Source: Schmidtea nova
Taxonomy: Eukaryota
Direction: 5' to 3'
Length of the DNA stretch: 64,000 nt
Assembly: GCA_044892505.1 (NCBI GenBank)
Contig: CM097884.1
Location: 20,398,001 to 20,462,000, forward strand
Shown here: in pieces, positions 10,070-20,094 of the stretch
How the letters are laid out: each line of letters starts with the position of its first letter
How positions within the stretch are numbered: the stretch's first letter is position 1
Made by a program: the position numbers and the translations under genes
The notes under the pieces: model-generated
The model's database searches: none
What the model saw: only the letters and a program-made list of their open reading frames with translations
What the model was told of the DNA's origin: nothing

Positions 10070-11110
10070 AATTACCTGGGGGAAAGTAGTCATCGCGAAG
10101 GACACGATTGATGGAAACTTGGAAAAGTAAACGGAAATAAAAAGGAATGAGAAATGAGAAAGAAGAATCAAACAAAAGAAATTAAACAGAAAATCAAAAC
10201 AAAAGTCAGCACTAATTAATTAGTGCAAAAGGAAAAGGAATTCCAAAATGGGTAAAAACAAAATAACAACAATAATCTTATCTCGACAGCTTGTCAGAGA
10301 TAACGAGAAAAAATAAAACAACCAGAAGCGGCAAAATGGAAAAAGCAGAAATTATTTTGACAGCTGTCAATGATAACTCTGCTTGCGAGAAAAACCAAAG
10401 AATTATGTGGAGGAAAAATGGAAAATTAGAGATAAACTTAAGTACCACAAATTGACGAGGTATAAAAGGAGGAAGCACAGCAGAAGCAGAGAGAAATTTA
10501 GACAGAACATTGACGAGAGAAAAATTACGAGAGAACATTATCAGAGGCAGAATATTAGAAACGATTTAGAGGCGGAATATTGGCGGAAAAATACGTGTAA
10601 CAAAGGATCAAAATCAGAGAGAAACAGAAGACAACCCGAAGATAATTATTGAAGAATTTGAAGAGAATTGTAAAGAAACCTGAAGCAAAAATTAAAGATA
10701 AGCTTAAAGAAGAGCTGAGAAGAGACAGAGAAACAAAGGGATAAGCAACAGGAGCTGATCCAGTTAATAATTGAGTAAAGTTCGGTGTAAATCCAATTCA
10801 AACCAAGAAGGCAACCAGTTAAAGTATCAATTGTGATACCCCTCAGTGGTGAGTGATTGTTCGAACCAAGATTATACAAAAGTGCTATTCAAAACCATCG
10901 TGTCGTAATAAGCACTGTATAATCAGTTGTTAGACTGTTGATTTTTGGTCAATTCAGTGTTAATGAAAATATTTGTGATATTCACAAAAGTTTTCAGTGT
11001 TGATTGTTATTATGGATCAATTAAAAGGCACGCTTTGGAGTCAGATATTTGATTGCTAACTTTTATCATTTCACCAACAACCCAGAATACAACAATACTA
11101 ATAAATAAAA
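10070..11110 (+). repeat. Unclassified dispersed repeat, subfamily A
   Basis: Homologous to 31000-31950 in reverse (atcttgacagcttgtcagagata; gcacgctt(t)ggagtcaga; tttcaccaaca); A-rich decayed coding-like body. Confidence 0.65.
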
Positions 11111-11949
11111 TATTAACACTATTAAATGCAAAGGGCATAATATTAAAAAAGATGCTATTTAATGTAGAAACTGTCTGGAGTGACAACTACTTCGGACAAC
11201 GATAAATGATCACTATTTAAAGTGTTATGGAATATACCATATTGATTTTATGGTTAATGAAAAAGAAACNNNNNNNNNNNNNNNNNNNNNNNNNNNNNNN
11301 NNNNNNNNNNNNNNNNNNNNNNNNNNNNNNNNNNNNNNNNNNNNNNNNNNNNNNNNNNNNNNNNNNNNNNNNNNNNNNNNNNNNNNNNNNNNNNNNNNNN
11401 NNNNNNNNNNNNNNNNNNNNNNNNNNNNNNNNNNNNNNNNNNNNNNNNNNNNNNNNNNNNNNNNNNNNNNNNNNNNNNNNNNNNNNNNNNNNNNNNNNNN
11501 NNNNNNNNNNNNNNNNNNNNNNNACCATACATAAAAACTCATTATAGACGAATTGTTATTTTAATTATATATTTAGTAATAATTACTTTACAATTATTAT
11601 AGGTAAAAATAAATGGTTATATACGTGCCCTTTTTATCATCAAAATTAGGAGTAAAATTCAAATATTTATATGACCGGGTCGTTTTAATATAATAAAATA
11701 AAGTATGAAGTACAAAAAGATTTATTATTAAACTCAAACATTAAACTGAAGATTATAAATCTTGAAACATAATTAATTTATTTTTGTAAATATTTATCTA
11801 ATTTCGATTAATTTATATTTTTGTGTTTCGCTTCTTCTACCATGCCTTAGATTTATGTAAAGGATACATTATTTTTTGACTTTTTCTCTCAGATAAATTT
11901 ATTTAGCTTAGATACAATCTCCTCAAATGATAATGGTTTCTTATTGATA

Positions 11950-12790
11950 TCGACATTGCTTCTGATCTCTCATCTTCACAATCACTACCGGTTTATATTT
12001 GTTTTTCACCATGGTCATTTAAACACATATCTCGTCTTATTGATGTCTGAAACACCATTATATCTTAATCACATTTTATAAATTCATCAAGATTGTAATT
12101 TTATACGCAAAGCATCTAAGCAAAACTTTCATTATTTTCTGTGAAATCTATCCGATTATCTTACCATAGAAAACCCGCCTTTCTAAAATAATTACTTATT
12201 GTTTCAATCGTTACTATTTCCTTTGCTTAGGATATCCAAAGCATGACATCGAGGACATTTGTACCCTTTGTTAGTTCCAAAGCAGATTTTAAAGTAGCAT
12301 TAATAATTTTATGTCAAGTTTTAAAATTTCTTAATAATTCCTTGATCAAGGGTTTTCAAAACTGCAGTCACCATAGTCAGTAAAATTCTAATGCTATGTT
12401 TAAGATGTTATCAAATAGGGGGTGAGCTGGACAATTAACAATAAAATGTGCCTGTTCTTCTTCTGCATCTGTTTGTTAATTTCTTGAAGCCATTCAAAAA
12501 AAATAATGAATTTATCCACGATTTTTTGTTTTCTTTCCACAGTACCGGAAGTCGTTTTAATCCCAGTTTTTTGAAACATATACAGATTCGAAATTGTCAA
12601 TTACAAGAGATTTCAATTCCTTTCAATCCTTTCATACATTTCAAAACATGCACACAAACAGTTAGATGAAGAAATAATTTTTTTATCTGACTGCACCCGA
12701 AACATACAGACCTGGGAAATAGAAACGCGGGACATGCAAAAAAGTCTACTTATTAACTTAAATCGTTTATAGAAGCCATGTACATCAATG
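11950..12790 (-). mobile_element. pogo/Tigger (TIGD-like) DDE transposase relic
   Basis: Across frameshifts: CFKKLGLKRLPVLWKENKKSWINS..FEWLQEINKQMQKKNRHILLLI and TAVLKTLDQGII. Confidence 0.8.
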
Positions 12791-13031
12791 ACAGCAGCAA
12801 TTCGTGATAGTATTGTGTGTGCAAACTATGTAAAATAATCAGTAGGATATTCATTCCATATTTGTTGAACAGTTCAAAGTAAATGAATTTAATAATAATA
12901 TATGCATATAAACTATTAAATAATATAGGTATGCATAAACTTGTAAAATTTGAAGAAAAAAATAGAAATTTTGTAGATATCCAATATTAAACAGGTGAAG
13001 AGTTGATTTCTGTAATTTTAAAAAATGATAG

Positions 13032-13198
13032 AGTAATGATATTGCAATAAAGGCCAAAGAACAAATGTGAAGCAGTTCAGAGTATATTGCGTAATTCAAT
13101 CACTGTGTTAGTTATTGCGCAATATACATAACTATTTAAGAGTGATCACTCTGTGTTTTTAGTAAATAAATCTTTAGATGGAACCGATTGTTGTAACT
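13032..13198 (+). repeat. 5' LTR (AGT...ACT termini)
   Basis: Direct repeat of 17480-17646; contains AATAAA near 13165. Confidence 0.97.
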
Positions 13199-14380
13199 GG
13201 CGACCACGCCGAAAATATTCACACGATGACGACTCGAGGAGAAGGGAAAAAATCTGCAAGAGACGTACTACCAAAACGTGCTCAAGAACTCTTGGATATG
13301 GAAATTAGAAGATACGATGGCAGATGTACCAAAGAAGCTGAAAAATGGATACATGCAATTGATGATTGGATCGCTAGAAATGACTTAAAGAGGACAGAAG
13401 CATTCGATTTTCTCCTTTGCGACGAAGCGGCTACGCTGTGGAAAAATTTCAAAACAGAAAAAACAACAGATAAAGCAGCTAAAGAATGGTTTTCCGAAAC
13501 ATTTACTATTAAATTGACTATTTTAGACAAGATTAAAGAACTTGCTGCAATTAGACAAGATGAAAATGAAAGATATGCAACCTTCGAAATCCGGGTATTA
13601 AAATTAGTGGATGAAGTTATTAATTCAGGAATGAGGGTAGAGGAAATTTCCAATGAAATTATAACTGGACGAGTCAGAGACAGAAGATTAAAAGATGCGC
13701 TAACAATGAAACCAACGATGACCGCAGAAGAACGAAATCAACTGGCCAAAATTTACGAAAAAGTGGAATCAAAAGAAAAGACGGAAGAAATTGTGGTAAT
13801 AAAAAAGAGTAGTTACGCAGAAGCAACAAGGAGAAGGAATCCAGAAACGTTTACCAGAGAAACAAATGGAAGTAATGGCAATATATTAAGAATCCAAGGA
13901 AATTACAGAAGAGAGAATTTACCAGATAATTCTTATAGCAGAAATAACGAAATAAATAATACAGTCGAACGGAATATGCAGAGAAGGACACCAACGGTTT
14001 CGCTTAAACACATCGCCAAGAGATTATACAATCGATCTAGAGGCCTTCCTGATCCAAGAAACGGCGAATTACAGTCAGGTCAATGTTTTTGCTGTGGAGA
14101 ATATGGGCATAGAAGATATGAATGCCCACTAAAAGATAAATGTTTGATATGTGGTAAGGGAGGACATAATTTTCGTGATTGTTATTTATTAAGAAAGAAA
14201 GAACAGCAGAACTATGAGAACAAGAAAATTATATCTTGTGTGCATGATGAAGAAAACGGAAGAAATTACTCGGATGATGCAGAAACCAGAGAATCAATTA
14301 GTGATTATGCAATTCATGATGTGGAAACTGAAAAAAACACGAGGAACTCTATTGCATACATTTCGTCAATGGGGTTGTAA
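13178..14380 (+). CDS. gag: Gag with two CCHC zinc knuckles
   Basis: CFCCGEYGHRRYEC and CLICGKGGHNFRDC. The true start may be the Met at ~13226, because the first ATG lies inside the LTR. Confidence 0.92.
   Translation: MEPIVVTGDHAENIHTMTTRGEGKKSARDVLPKRAQELLDMEIRRYDGRCTKEAEKWIHAIDDWIARNDLKRTEAFDFLLCDEAATLWKNFKTEKTTDKAAKEWFSETFTIKLTILDKIKELAAIRQDENERYATFEIRVLKLVDEVINSGMRVEEISNEIITGRVRDRRLKDALTMKPTMTAEERNQLAKIYEKVESKEKTEEIVVIKKSSYAEATRRRNPETFTRETNGSNGNILRIQGNYRRENLPDNSYSRNNEINNTVERNMQRRTPTVSLKHIAKRLYNRSRGLPDPRNGELQSGQCFCCGEYGHRRYECPLKDKCLICGKGGHNFRDCYLLRKKEQQNYENKKIISCVHDEENGRNYSDDAETRESISDYAIHDVETEKNTRNSIAYISSMGL
13198..13208 (+). promoter_or_regulatory. Primer-binding site TGGCGACCACG, probably tRNA-Arg(UCG)
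   Basis: Overlaps the last LTR base; complementary to a tRNA 3' end CGUGGUCG-CCA. The tRNA identity is inferred from typical metazoan Arg-UCG acceptor stems. Confidence 0.7.
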
Positions 14381-14398
14381 AGAAAGAAAATCGGAATG
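14332..14398 (+). promoter_or_regulatory. -1 programmed ribosomal frameshift signal (A AAA AAC plus pseudoknot)
   Basis: Slippery heptamer 14332-14338 in the gag frame; the pol frame opens right after TGA 14329-14331; 6-nt spacer; stem 14345-54/14367-76 and second stem 14359-65/14392-98. Confidence 0.8.
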
Positions 14399-15576
14399 AC
14401 AGAGCAGAAGGAATGAGGTATGTAACATCAGATGGAAGAGAATGGAGCAAGATGATGATAAATGATGTTGAGATTGAGATGTTGTGGGATTCTGGAGCTT
14501 CGATTACAGTGATGAATGAGGAAACGTGGAATAAAATTGGTAGTCCACGGTTAAGCAGTAGTGAAATCAAAATATGTGGAGTTTTTCCAGGAACTCAAAA
14601 ACCACTGGGATGTACAGAAGCAAATGTTTATTGGCACAATAAGATGAGGAGTATCAAAATAATTGTTATTAAAAATATTTTTCCAGGTTTTATTGGTGGG
14701 GTGGATACTTTGAAAGCATTTGGAGTGCAGTTGATGGAAATTAACAATATTGAATCCGAGACAAAAATTAGTAATTATACTGATGAGGAGAGAAGACAAA
14801 AAGCAAAAAATGAAATGGGAAAAAATGAATTGCCGACAATTAACAAATTATTAGATGAATTCGGATCAATATTTATGGCAGCTAGATTTGATTTAGGATT
14901 CACAAGAATCGTTGAACATGAAATTAATACATCTGGGAATCCAACAATGCAATTTCCAAGACGACAACCGATGCATCTAGAACAGAAAATTGACGATATG
15001 ATAAAAGAGTTAACAAAAGCTGGAGTTATAAGACGCTGTAAAAGTCCATGGAGCTCCCCATTAGTCGTAGTGGGGAAGAAAGACGGCTCAATAAGAATGT
15101 GCGTAGACTATCGAGAGCTGAATAAGATAACAGAAAGAGAATCTTTCCCTATGCCCAACATATCTCAATTACTCGATAACCTATCAGGATCTAAATACTT
15201 TTCTTCTTTAGATCTTGGACAAGCATACTATCAGGTAGCATTAGCAAAAGAAGCGCAAGAGAAAACGGCTTTTAGTTCCAAAGAAGGTCAATTTTGTTTC
15301 AATCGACTTCCGTTTGGACTATCAACGGCTCCAGCAACGTTTCAGCGATTAATGCACACGATGTTAGAGGGTATATTGTTTAATGGAGCAATTGTTTATT
15401 TAGACGATATTCTTGTATATGGCAAGGATCAGTCTGAACATGATGAGCGATTACGAGAAGTTTTTAAAAGAATACAAAAAACAGGACTAAGAATAAATCC
15501 GGAGAAGTGCGAAATTTACAAAACAAAATTAAAATTCCTTGGTTATACCATCAGAGACAAATTCAGAGAAGATTAA
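14332..15576 (+). CDS. pol: Pol part 1: aspartic protease and reverse transcriptase
   Basis: LWDSGASITV; SPWSSPLVVVGKKDGSIRMCVDYRELN; YLDDILV. Confidence 0.95.
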   Translation, partial: KKHEELYCIHFVNGVVKKENRNDRAEGMRYVTSDGREWSKMMINDVEIEMLWDSGASITVMNEETWNKIGSPRLSSSEIKICGVFPGTQKPLGCTEANVYWHNKMRSIKIIVIKNIFPGFIGGVDTLKAFGVQLMEINNIESETKISNYTDEERRQKAKNEMGKNELPTINKLLDEFGSIFMAARFDLGFTRIVEHEINTSGNPTMQFPRRQPMHLEQKIDDMIKELTKAGVIRRCKSPWSSPLVVVGKKDGSIRMCVDYRELNKITERESFPMPNISQLLDNLSGSKYFSSLDLGQAYYQVALAKEAQEKTAFSSKEGQFCFNRLPFGLSTAPATFQRLMHTMLEGILFNGAIVYLDDILVYGKDQSEHDERLREVFKRIQKTGLRINPEKCEIYKTKLKFLGYTIRDKFRED

Positions 15577-17470
15577 GTCAATTACAGAAGCGACGAAACC
15601 GCAGTGTGCTAAACAACTTCGATCATTTCTGGGTTTGACAAATTATTATAGACGATTTGTTAAAGATTACGCTAAAATAGCAGCACCCTTACATGCAGCA
15701 GCTTCAGGTTGTGATAAAACAATCAAATGGTCAGAAAATTGTGAAAACAGTTTTAGTCAGCTTAAAGAAGCCTTAACACAAGCTCCTATTCTTGATTTCC
15801 CTCGTATAGATCGGAAATTTATTTTGGATACTGATGCCAGTTTTGAGGCTATTGGAGCCGTTTTGAGTCAAATAAAAGAAGACGGTTCAGAAATAGTTAT
15901 CGCATACGGTTCAAGAAATCTGACGGCCCATGAAAAGGGATACTGCGTAACCAGGAAAGAATTATTAGCGTTACATGAATATGTTTTATATTTTAGACAG
16001 TATTTATACGGGAAAGAATTCGTGGCCCGAACAGATCACAAGGCTTTAGTATTTATGAACACAAACAAAAAAGCAATAAGTCCACAATTTCAGACATGGA
16101 TGGCTAATCTATCGGAATATGACTTCCAATTGAAATACCGGAAAGGTGAAGAACATGCAAATGCAGATGGATTATCAAGGATCGGGGGTAGTTTGTGTGC
16201 ACAATGTCAGACAGCACATGTACAACATAAACAAGAAAGATCAAGGGTAAGATACATCAATTTGATACAAAAAACACATACAATGTTGGAGATTATGGAA
16301 GAACAGAAGAAAGATAAATTGTTCCAGGACGCGATGGAAATTCTTAGGAATCAGATAGATGTTCGAAAGGAATCGTTTCAAAATAGTTTTTTATTCAGAT
16401 ATAAAGATCAGTTAAAGATATCGGATGATATGCTTGTATTGGAAAAGGACAAAATAGATCTAGTGGTAATCCCAGAAAGCTATCAATCTAAATTAGTGAT
16501 TAAAATACATGAAGATTTATGTCATGTTGGAACTAAGAAACTGTTTCATTATTTGGAAGGGAATTTTTTCTGGCCGAAAATGCAAGAAACCGTTAAAGAG
16601 ATAGTAAAACGATGTGTCACTTGTGCAAGAAGGAAAATAGACCAAGGAAAGACAAAGGAAATTTTAATTCCACACGAAAGTTCTGAATTTCTAGAACAGA
16701 TTGTTATGGATGTTGCTGTCATGGAGAGAACTTCAACAGACAAAAGGTATGTTATCGTTATTATTGATAGGTTTAGCAAATTAGTAAGTCTAACGGCTAC
16801 AGCAAACCAAGATGAAAAAACTATTTTAAAGACGCTAATGAACAATTGGATTTACAAATATGGTAAACCTCAAAGTATATTGACGGACAGAGGGCGAAAT
16901 TTTGAAAGCAAATATTTGAAGGAAAAATTAGAACAGCTGGGAATAAAGCAAGAATTCGCTACGCCGTATCAACATCAGTCGAATGGCCTAGTGGAAAGAG
17001 CTATCAGAACAATGAGGGATTTACTTGTGACTACGATGAAAGGTGGCTGTGCTGAAAAACAGTGGCACGAACTGCTGCCTCGAATTGAATTCAGTATTAA
17101 CGCAACTTATCAAAGTGCTACAAAATTTTCACCATTTGAGATAGTATATGGACGGAAAATAACATTACATGCTAATTCTAGACTCAAACATCAAATACGA
17201 GATATTTCAGAAGAAGCACAAACGAATAACAAGCAAGCTGCTCAAAAGATGAGGAAATTCGAGGATGACAAAAGAATTAAACGACATTTTGAAGTGGGGG
17301 AGGAGGTACTAGTACGACGAGAACCACATAGAAGAAACAAAAATGATATTCAATATGATGGTCCATATAAAATTCTTAGATTTGTGTCAGATCACCAAGT
17401 TGAATTGCAATATCCAAATACAACGCGACACCGACGAATCGAATGGTTAAAGAGATGGCATCAATCTTAA
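15539..17470 (+). CDS. pol: Pol part 2: RT connection, RNase H, integrase (frameshifted relative to part 1)
   Basis: LDTDASFEAIGAVLSQ, KELLAL, TDHKAL, ADGLSR; HHCC motif; DD35E (MDVAV, TDRGRNF, NGLVERAIR); GPY motif; no chromodomain or env. Confidence 0.95.
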   Translation: MVIPSETNSEKIKSITEATKPQCAKQLRSFLGLTNYYRRFVKDYAKIAAPLHAAASGCDKTIKWSENCENSFSQLKEALTQAPILDFPRIDRKFILDTDASFEAIGAVLSQIKEDGSEIVIAYGSRNLTAHEKGYCVTRKELLALHEYVLYFRQYLYGKEFVARTDHKALVFMNTNKKAISPQFQTWMANLSEYDFQLKYRKGEEHANADGLSRIGGSLCAQCQTAHVQHKQERSRVRYINLIQKTHTMLEIMEEQKKDKLFQDAMEILRNQIDVRKESFQNSFLFRYKDQLKISDDMLVLEKDKIDLVVIPESYQSKLVIKIHEDLCHVGTKKLFHYLEGNFFWPKMQETVKEIVKRCVTCARRKIDQGKTKEILIPHESSEFLEQIVMDVAVMERTSTDKRYVIVIIDRFSKLVSLTATANQDEKTILKTLMNNWIYKYGKPQSILTDRGRNFESKYLKEKLEQLGIKQEFATPYQHQSNGLVERAIRTMRDLLVTTMKGGCAEKQWHELLPRIEFSINATYQSATKFSPFEIVYGRKITLHANSRLKHQIRDISEEAQTNNKQAAQKMRKFEDDKRIKRHFEVGEEVLVRREPHRRNKNDIQYDGPYKILRFVSDHQVELQYPNTTRHRRIEWLKRWHQS

Positions 17471-17479
17471 GAAGGGGAG

Positions 17480-17646
17480 AGTAATGATATTGCAATAAAG
17501 GCCAAAGACCAAATGTGAAGCAGTTCAGAGTATATTGCGTAATTCAATCACTGTGTTAGTTATTGCGCAATATACATAACTATTTAAGAGTGATCACTCT
17601 GTGTTTTTAGTAAATAAATCTTTAGATGGAACCGATTGTTGTAACT
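17480..17646 (+). repeat. 3' LTR, preceded by polypurine tract AAGAAGGGGAG (17469-17479)
   Basis: Direct repeat of the 5' LTR, followed by the GATAG TSD. Confidence 0.97.
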
Positions 17647-17812
17647 GATAGAAAAGCTGAATGGGTCCAATATGATAAGGAAAAGTATGGAGTTCATACT
17701 CTTATTAGGAATATCCCGAGTATTATCTCGGAATATTGTCACTCCCATCTTATCATTTAAGCGGTGATTATACACAGTAATAATGATTTGTGCCTTTTTA
17801 ACATTAACTTAC

Positions 17813-17995
17813 CGATTCCCAACCAAACTGAGAATCTGGTCCAAGTTAGATATGAAAGGCGTACCATGAGCATTACATTGAAAATAATAGCACAACTTGG
17901 AAACAAAGGAACAAAGGGAACTTTGAAATGAAGTTTATCAAGTGATATCTGATCTTGAGTTTGAATCGACAACCACATTATACAAAGAAGTAAAC
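17813..17995 (-). CDS. SLC7A14: SLC7A14/CAT-like exon 8
   Basis: GLLLCIMWLSIQTQ..FKVPFVPLFPSCAIIFNVMLMVRLSYLTWTRFSVWLGIG (CAT C-terminal domain); phase 1/1. Confidence 0.93.
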
Positions 17996-18045
17996 CTAAA
18001 ATTTCAAGAAAATGACTAAATAATTAACTCTAAAATAAAGAATAC

Positions 18046-18246
18046 CAAACAAAAATACTGAAAATAAAATAATAGTAAATGCGTTCTTTTCCAATAGTAA
18101 ATGCTCTCCGAAAAGCGTTGTGCACGCAAAGCCAAATGATAAAATCCAAATTATTATAATGACTAAGACTACTTTCTTGAACTGTTTTTTGATTTGATCA
18201 ACAGGAGTCGTTATAGATATTGATATCTTTTCAACTTTTGAGTCAT
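18046..18246 (-). CDS. SLC7A14: SLC7A14/CAT-like exon 7
   Basis: Open, hydrophobic (VVLVIIIIWILSFGFACTTLF..FTIILFSVFLF); AG/GT ends; 50-nt intron to exon 8; phases fit. Confidence 0.85.
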
Positions 18247-18399
18247 CTGAAAAAATAAAATTTTATAAAAATTTTATTTTTTATTTCCAAAATCTTTTAC
18301 GAATAAAATGAAAATATTTTTTTATTTATTCATTTTTTAAAGTTTTTTTCCACTGATTAAAAATAAAATCTAAATGTAAAATAATCATATAAGGTAATT

Positions 18400-18702
18400 A
18401 TTGTTAGATACAGGGAAAAAAGTAGAAACACCAGTTTAATTCTAGTTTTCTGCAAATTGTTGCTACTGAGATGTCTTTGGTTGGGATAACCTCAAACTAG
18501 TTTGTATTTCGGTCCATTATTGTCAGTAAATATTTGTGTTTTTTAGTGGTAATCGACCAACTATGTCTCTAACCCATTTTTGAGGTGTGGCGTTTTGGTC
18601 TATAAAATAATTTGGGATGTTTGGTTTTGAGTTGATAATTCAATTTATTGTTTGTGGGTTTTCGGGGGTATAGCAGTAATTGTTGTTTGGTTCGTTTGAT
18701 GC
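18400..18702 (-). mobile_element. Retroviral-type (rve) integrase relic
   Basis: WVRDIVGRLP and KYLLTIMDRNTN*FEVIPTKDISVATIC across a frameshift. Confidence 0.65.
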
Positions 18703-18889
18703 CATTGTAAAAGGCAGTTATTTACCCTCTGACTCATCGCAGAACAAAGACATATGAGTCATCGATGACTCATAACAAAGAACACGAGCCACCCCTACCC
18801 CACCCTCTGGATGACTCATAAATGACGTAATTGATGACTCATTTCAAATTTTAAATTTTAATTTCCAAAGGTTAAATAAAGTCAAACCT

Positions 18890-19390
18890 TCAAATAAGGG
18901 TATCATTCGGAAGGTCTTTGAGAGTTCTATACAATGGTTATACCCTCAAAGGTTTATGGATGATCATGAACCTTCAAAGGGTCTAAGACCTTCAAATTTT
19001 TTCAAACCCTACAAGTTATATATCATTCGAAAGGTAATTGAGAGATAAGTATGATGGTTATACCTTCGAAGGTCTATGGTGGGTGCTCAACTTTCAAGGA
19101 GTCTGAAACCTTCAAAATCTTTCAAACGCTACAAGTTATATATCATTTAAAAGGTATTTGAGAGGTAAGTATGATAGTGATACCATCGAAGGTGTGTGGT
19201 TATCATATCCTCAAGAGGTGCAAGGTTTAAAAATTTTAAAAAACTATACAGGTATCAAACAAAATGTAATTGAAGGGTGAGCATGATGGTCATTTCCTTG
19301 AAGGTCAAAGGGTTCAAGGTTCAAAACTATATAATATAGGTATCAAACAAGGGGTAATTGAGAGTTGAGTATGATGGTCATACCCCTGTG
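18890..19390. repeat. Degenerate ~120-bp tandem array (4-5 copies)
   Basis: Recurring tatcattc.aaaggt..ttgagag...gtatgatggttatacc motif. Confidence 0.8.
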
Positions 19391-19677
19391 TGTGTTAGTC
19401 AGATAACAATACGCATTGCACGCGCGTGAAACGCGCATTGTAACACCCCGNNNNNNNNNNNNNNNNNNNNNNNNNNNNNNNNNNNNNNNNNNNNNNNNNN
19501 NNNNNNNNNNNNNNNNNNNNNNNNNNNNNNNNNNNNNNNNNNNNNNNNNNNNNNNNNNNNNNNNNNNNNNNNNNNNNNNNNNNNNNNNNNNNNNNNNNNN
19601 NNNNNNNNNNNNNNNNNNNATAAAAATTTAAACAATAAAAACTAAATTTCGTAATTGTAAAATTTATTAAATAACAT

Positions 19678-20094
19678 TTACGCAAATCTCGCATTGTCAA
19701 TTCTCCAAATTGGAGTTATAACATCTTTTGTGTCTATTTTATAACCCTGAATGATTATAGTAATGAACCAATGTTCTTGATCCTCGTATTCGATAGATTG
19801 GAAAGCATCATGGAAACAAGTTTTTCTGTTGTTGATATAAATAGTTTCTTTGCAACTTAAATTGTTATTGATTTTGAATAAAAATGTATTTAGAGCAACA
19901 AAATCTTCTTTATCAATAATTGCAGCTAAACTGTCATGCAATGACTTTGTTAATTTGACCGGATATGACAAACGAAATGGTATTTCTTGTACCAAGAAAT
20001 AAATTTTGTAATCGTAATACATTTGTACTGGTTTCACTTCATTATTGATTTTTCTTTCTTCACTAATGTCATTAGTTGATTTAGGTGCTGGCAT
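19678..20094 (-). CDS. 138-aa hypothetical protein inside the Polinton-type element
   Basis: Uninterrupted ATG-to-stop ORF starting just inside the right TIR; no family recognised. Confidence 0.55.
   Translation of the reverse strand: MPAPKSTNDISEERKINNEVKPVQMYYDYKIYFLVQEIPFRLSYPVKLTKSLHDSLAAIIDKEDFVALNTFLFKINNNLSCKETIYINNRKTCFHDAFQSIEYEDQEHWFITIIIQGYKIDTKDVITPIWRIDNARFA

Larger units (their letters stand above)
13032..17646 (+). mobile_element. Full-length Ty3/gypsy LTR retrotransposon (4615 bp), antisense within the last intron of the transporter gene
   Basis: 167-bp LTRs at 13032-13198 and 17480-17646 with 1 mismatch; 5-bp TSD GATAG; PBS, PPT, and gag-PR-RT-RH-IN order. Confidence 0.98.

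Noticed and set aside
11217-11547. ORFs spanning N runs (also near 19.4, 24.4, 35.4, 48.5, 49.6, 58-61 kb)
   Set aside because: Artefacts of assembly gaps; only the exon parts at 35146-35354 and 61511-61763 are real
12851-13099. Hydrophobic ORF as the transporter's last exon, disrupted by the gypsy insertion
   Set aside because: The true last exon (GFVLYFGYGIRHS) is at 7360-7484, so the element is intronic
13178-13198. Gag translation starting inside the LTR
   Set aside because: It may be chance; an in-frame Met follows the PBS and there is no evidence for use of the LTR ATG
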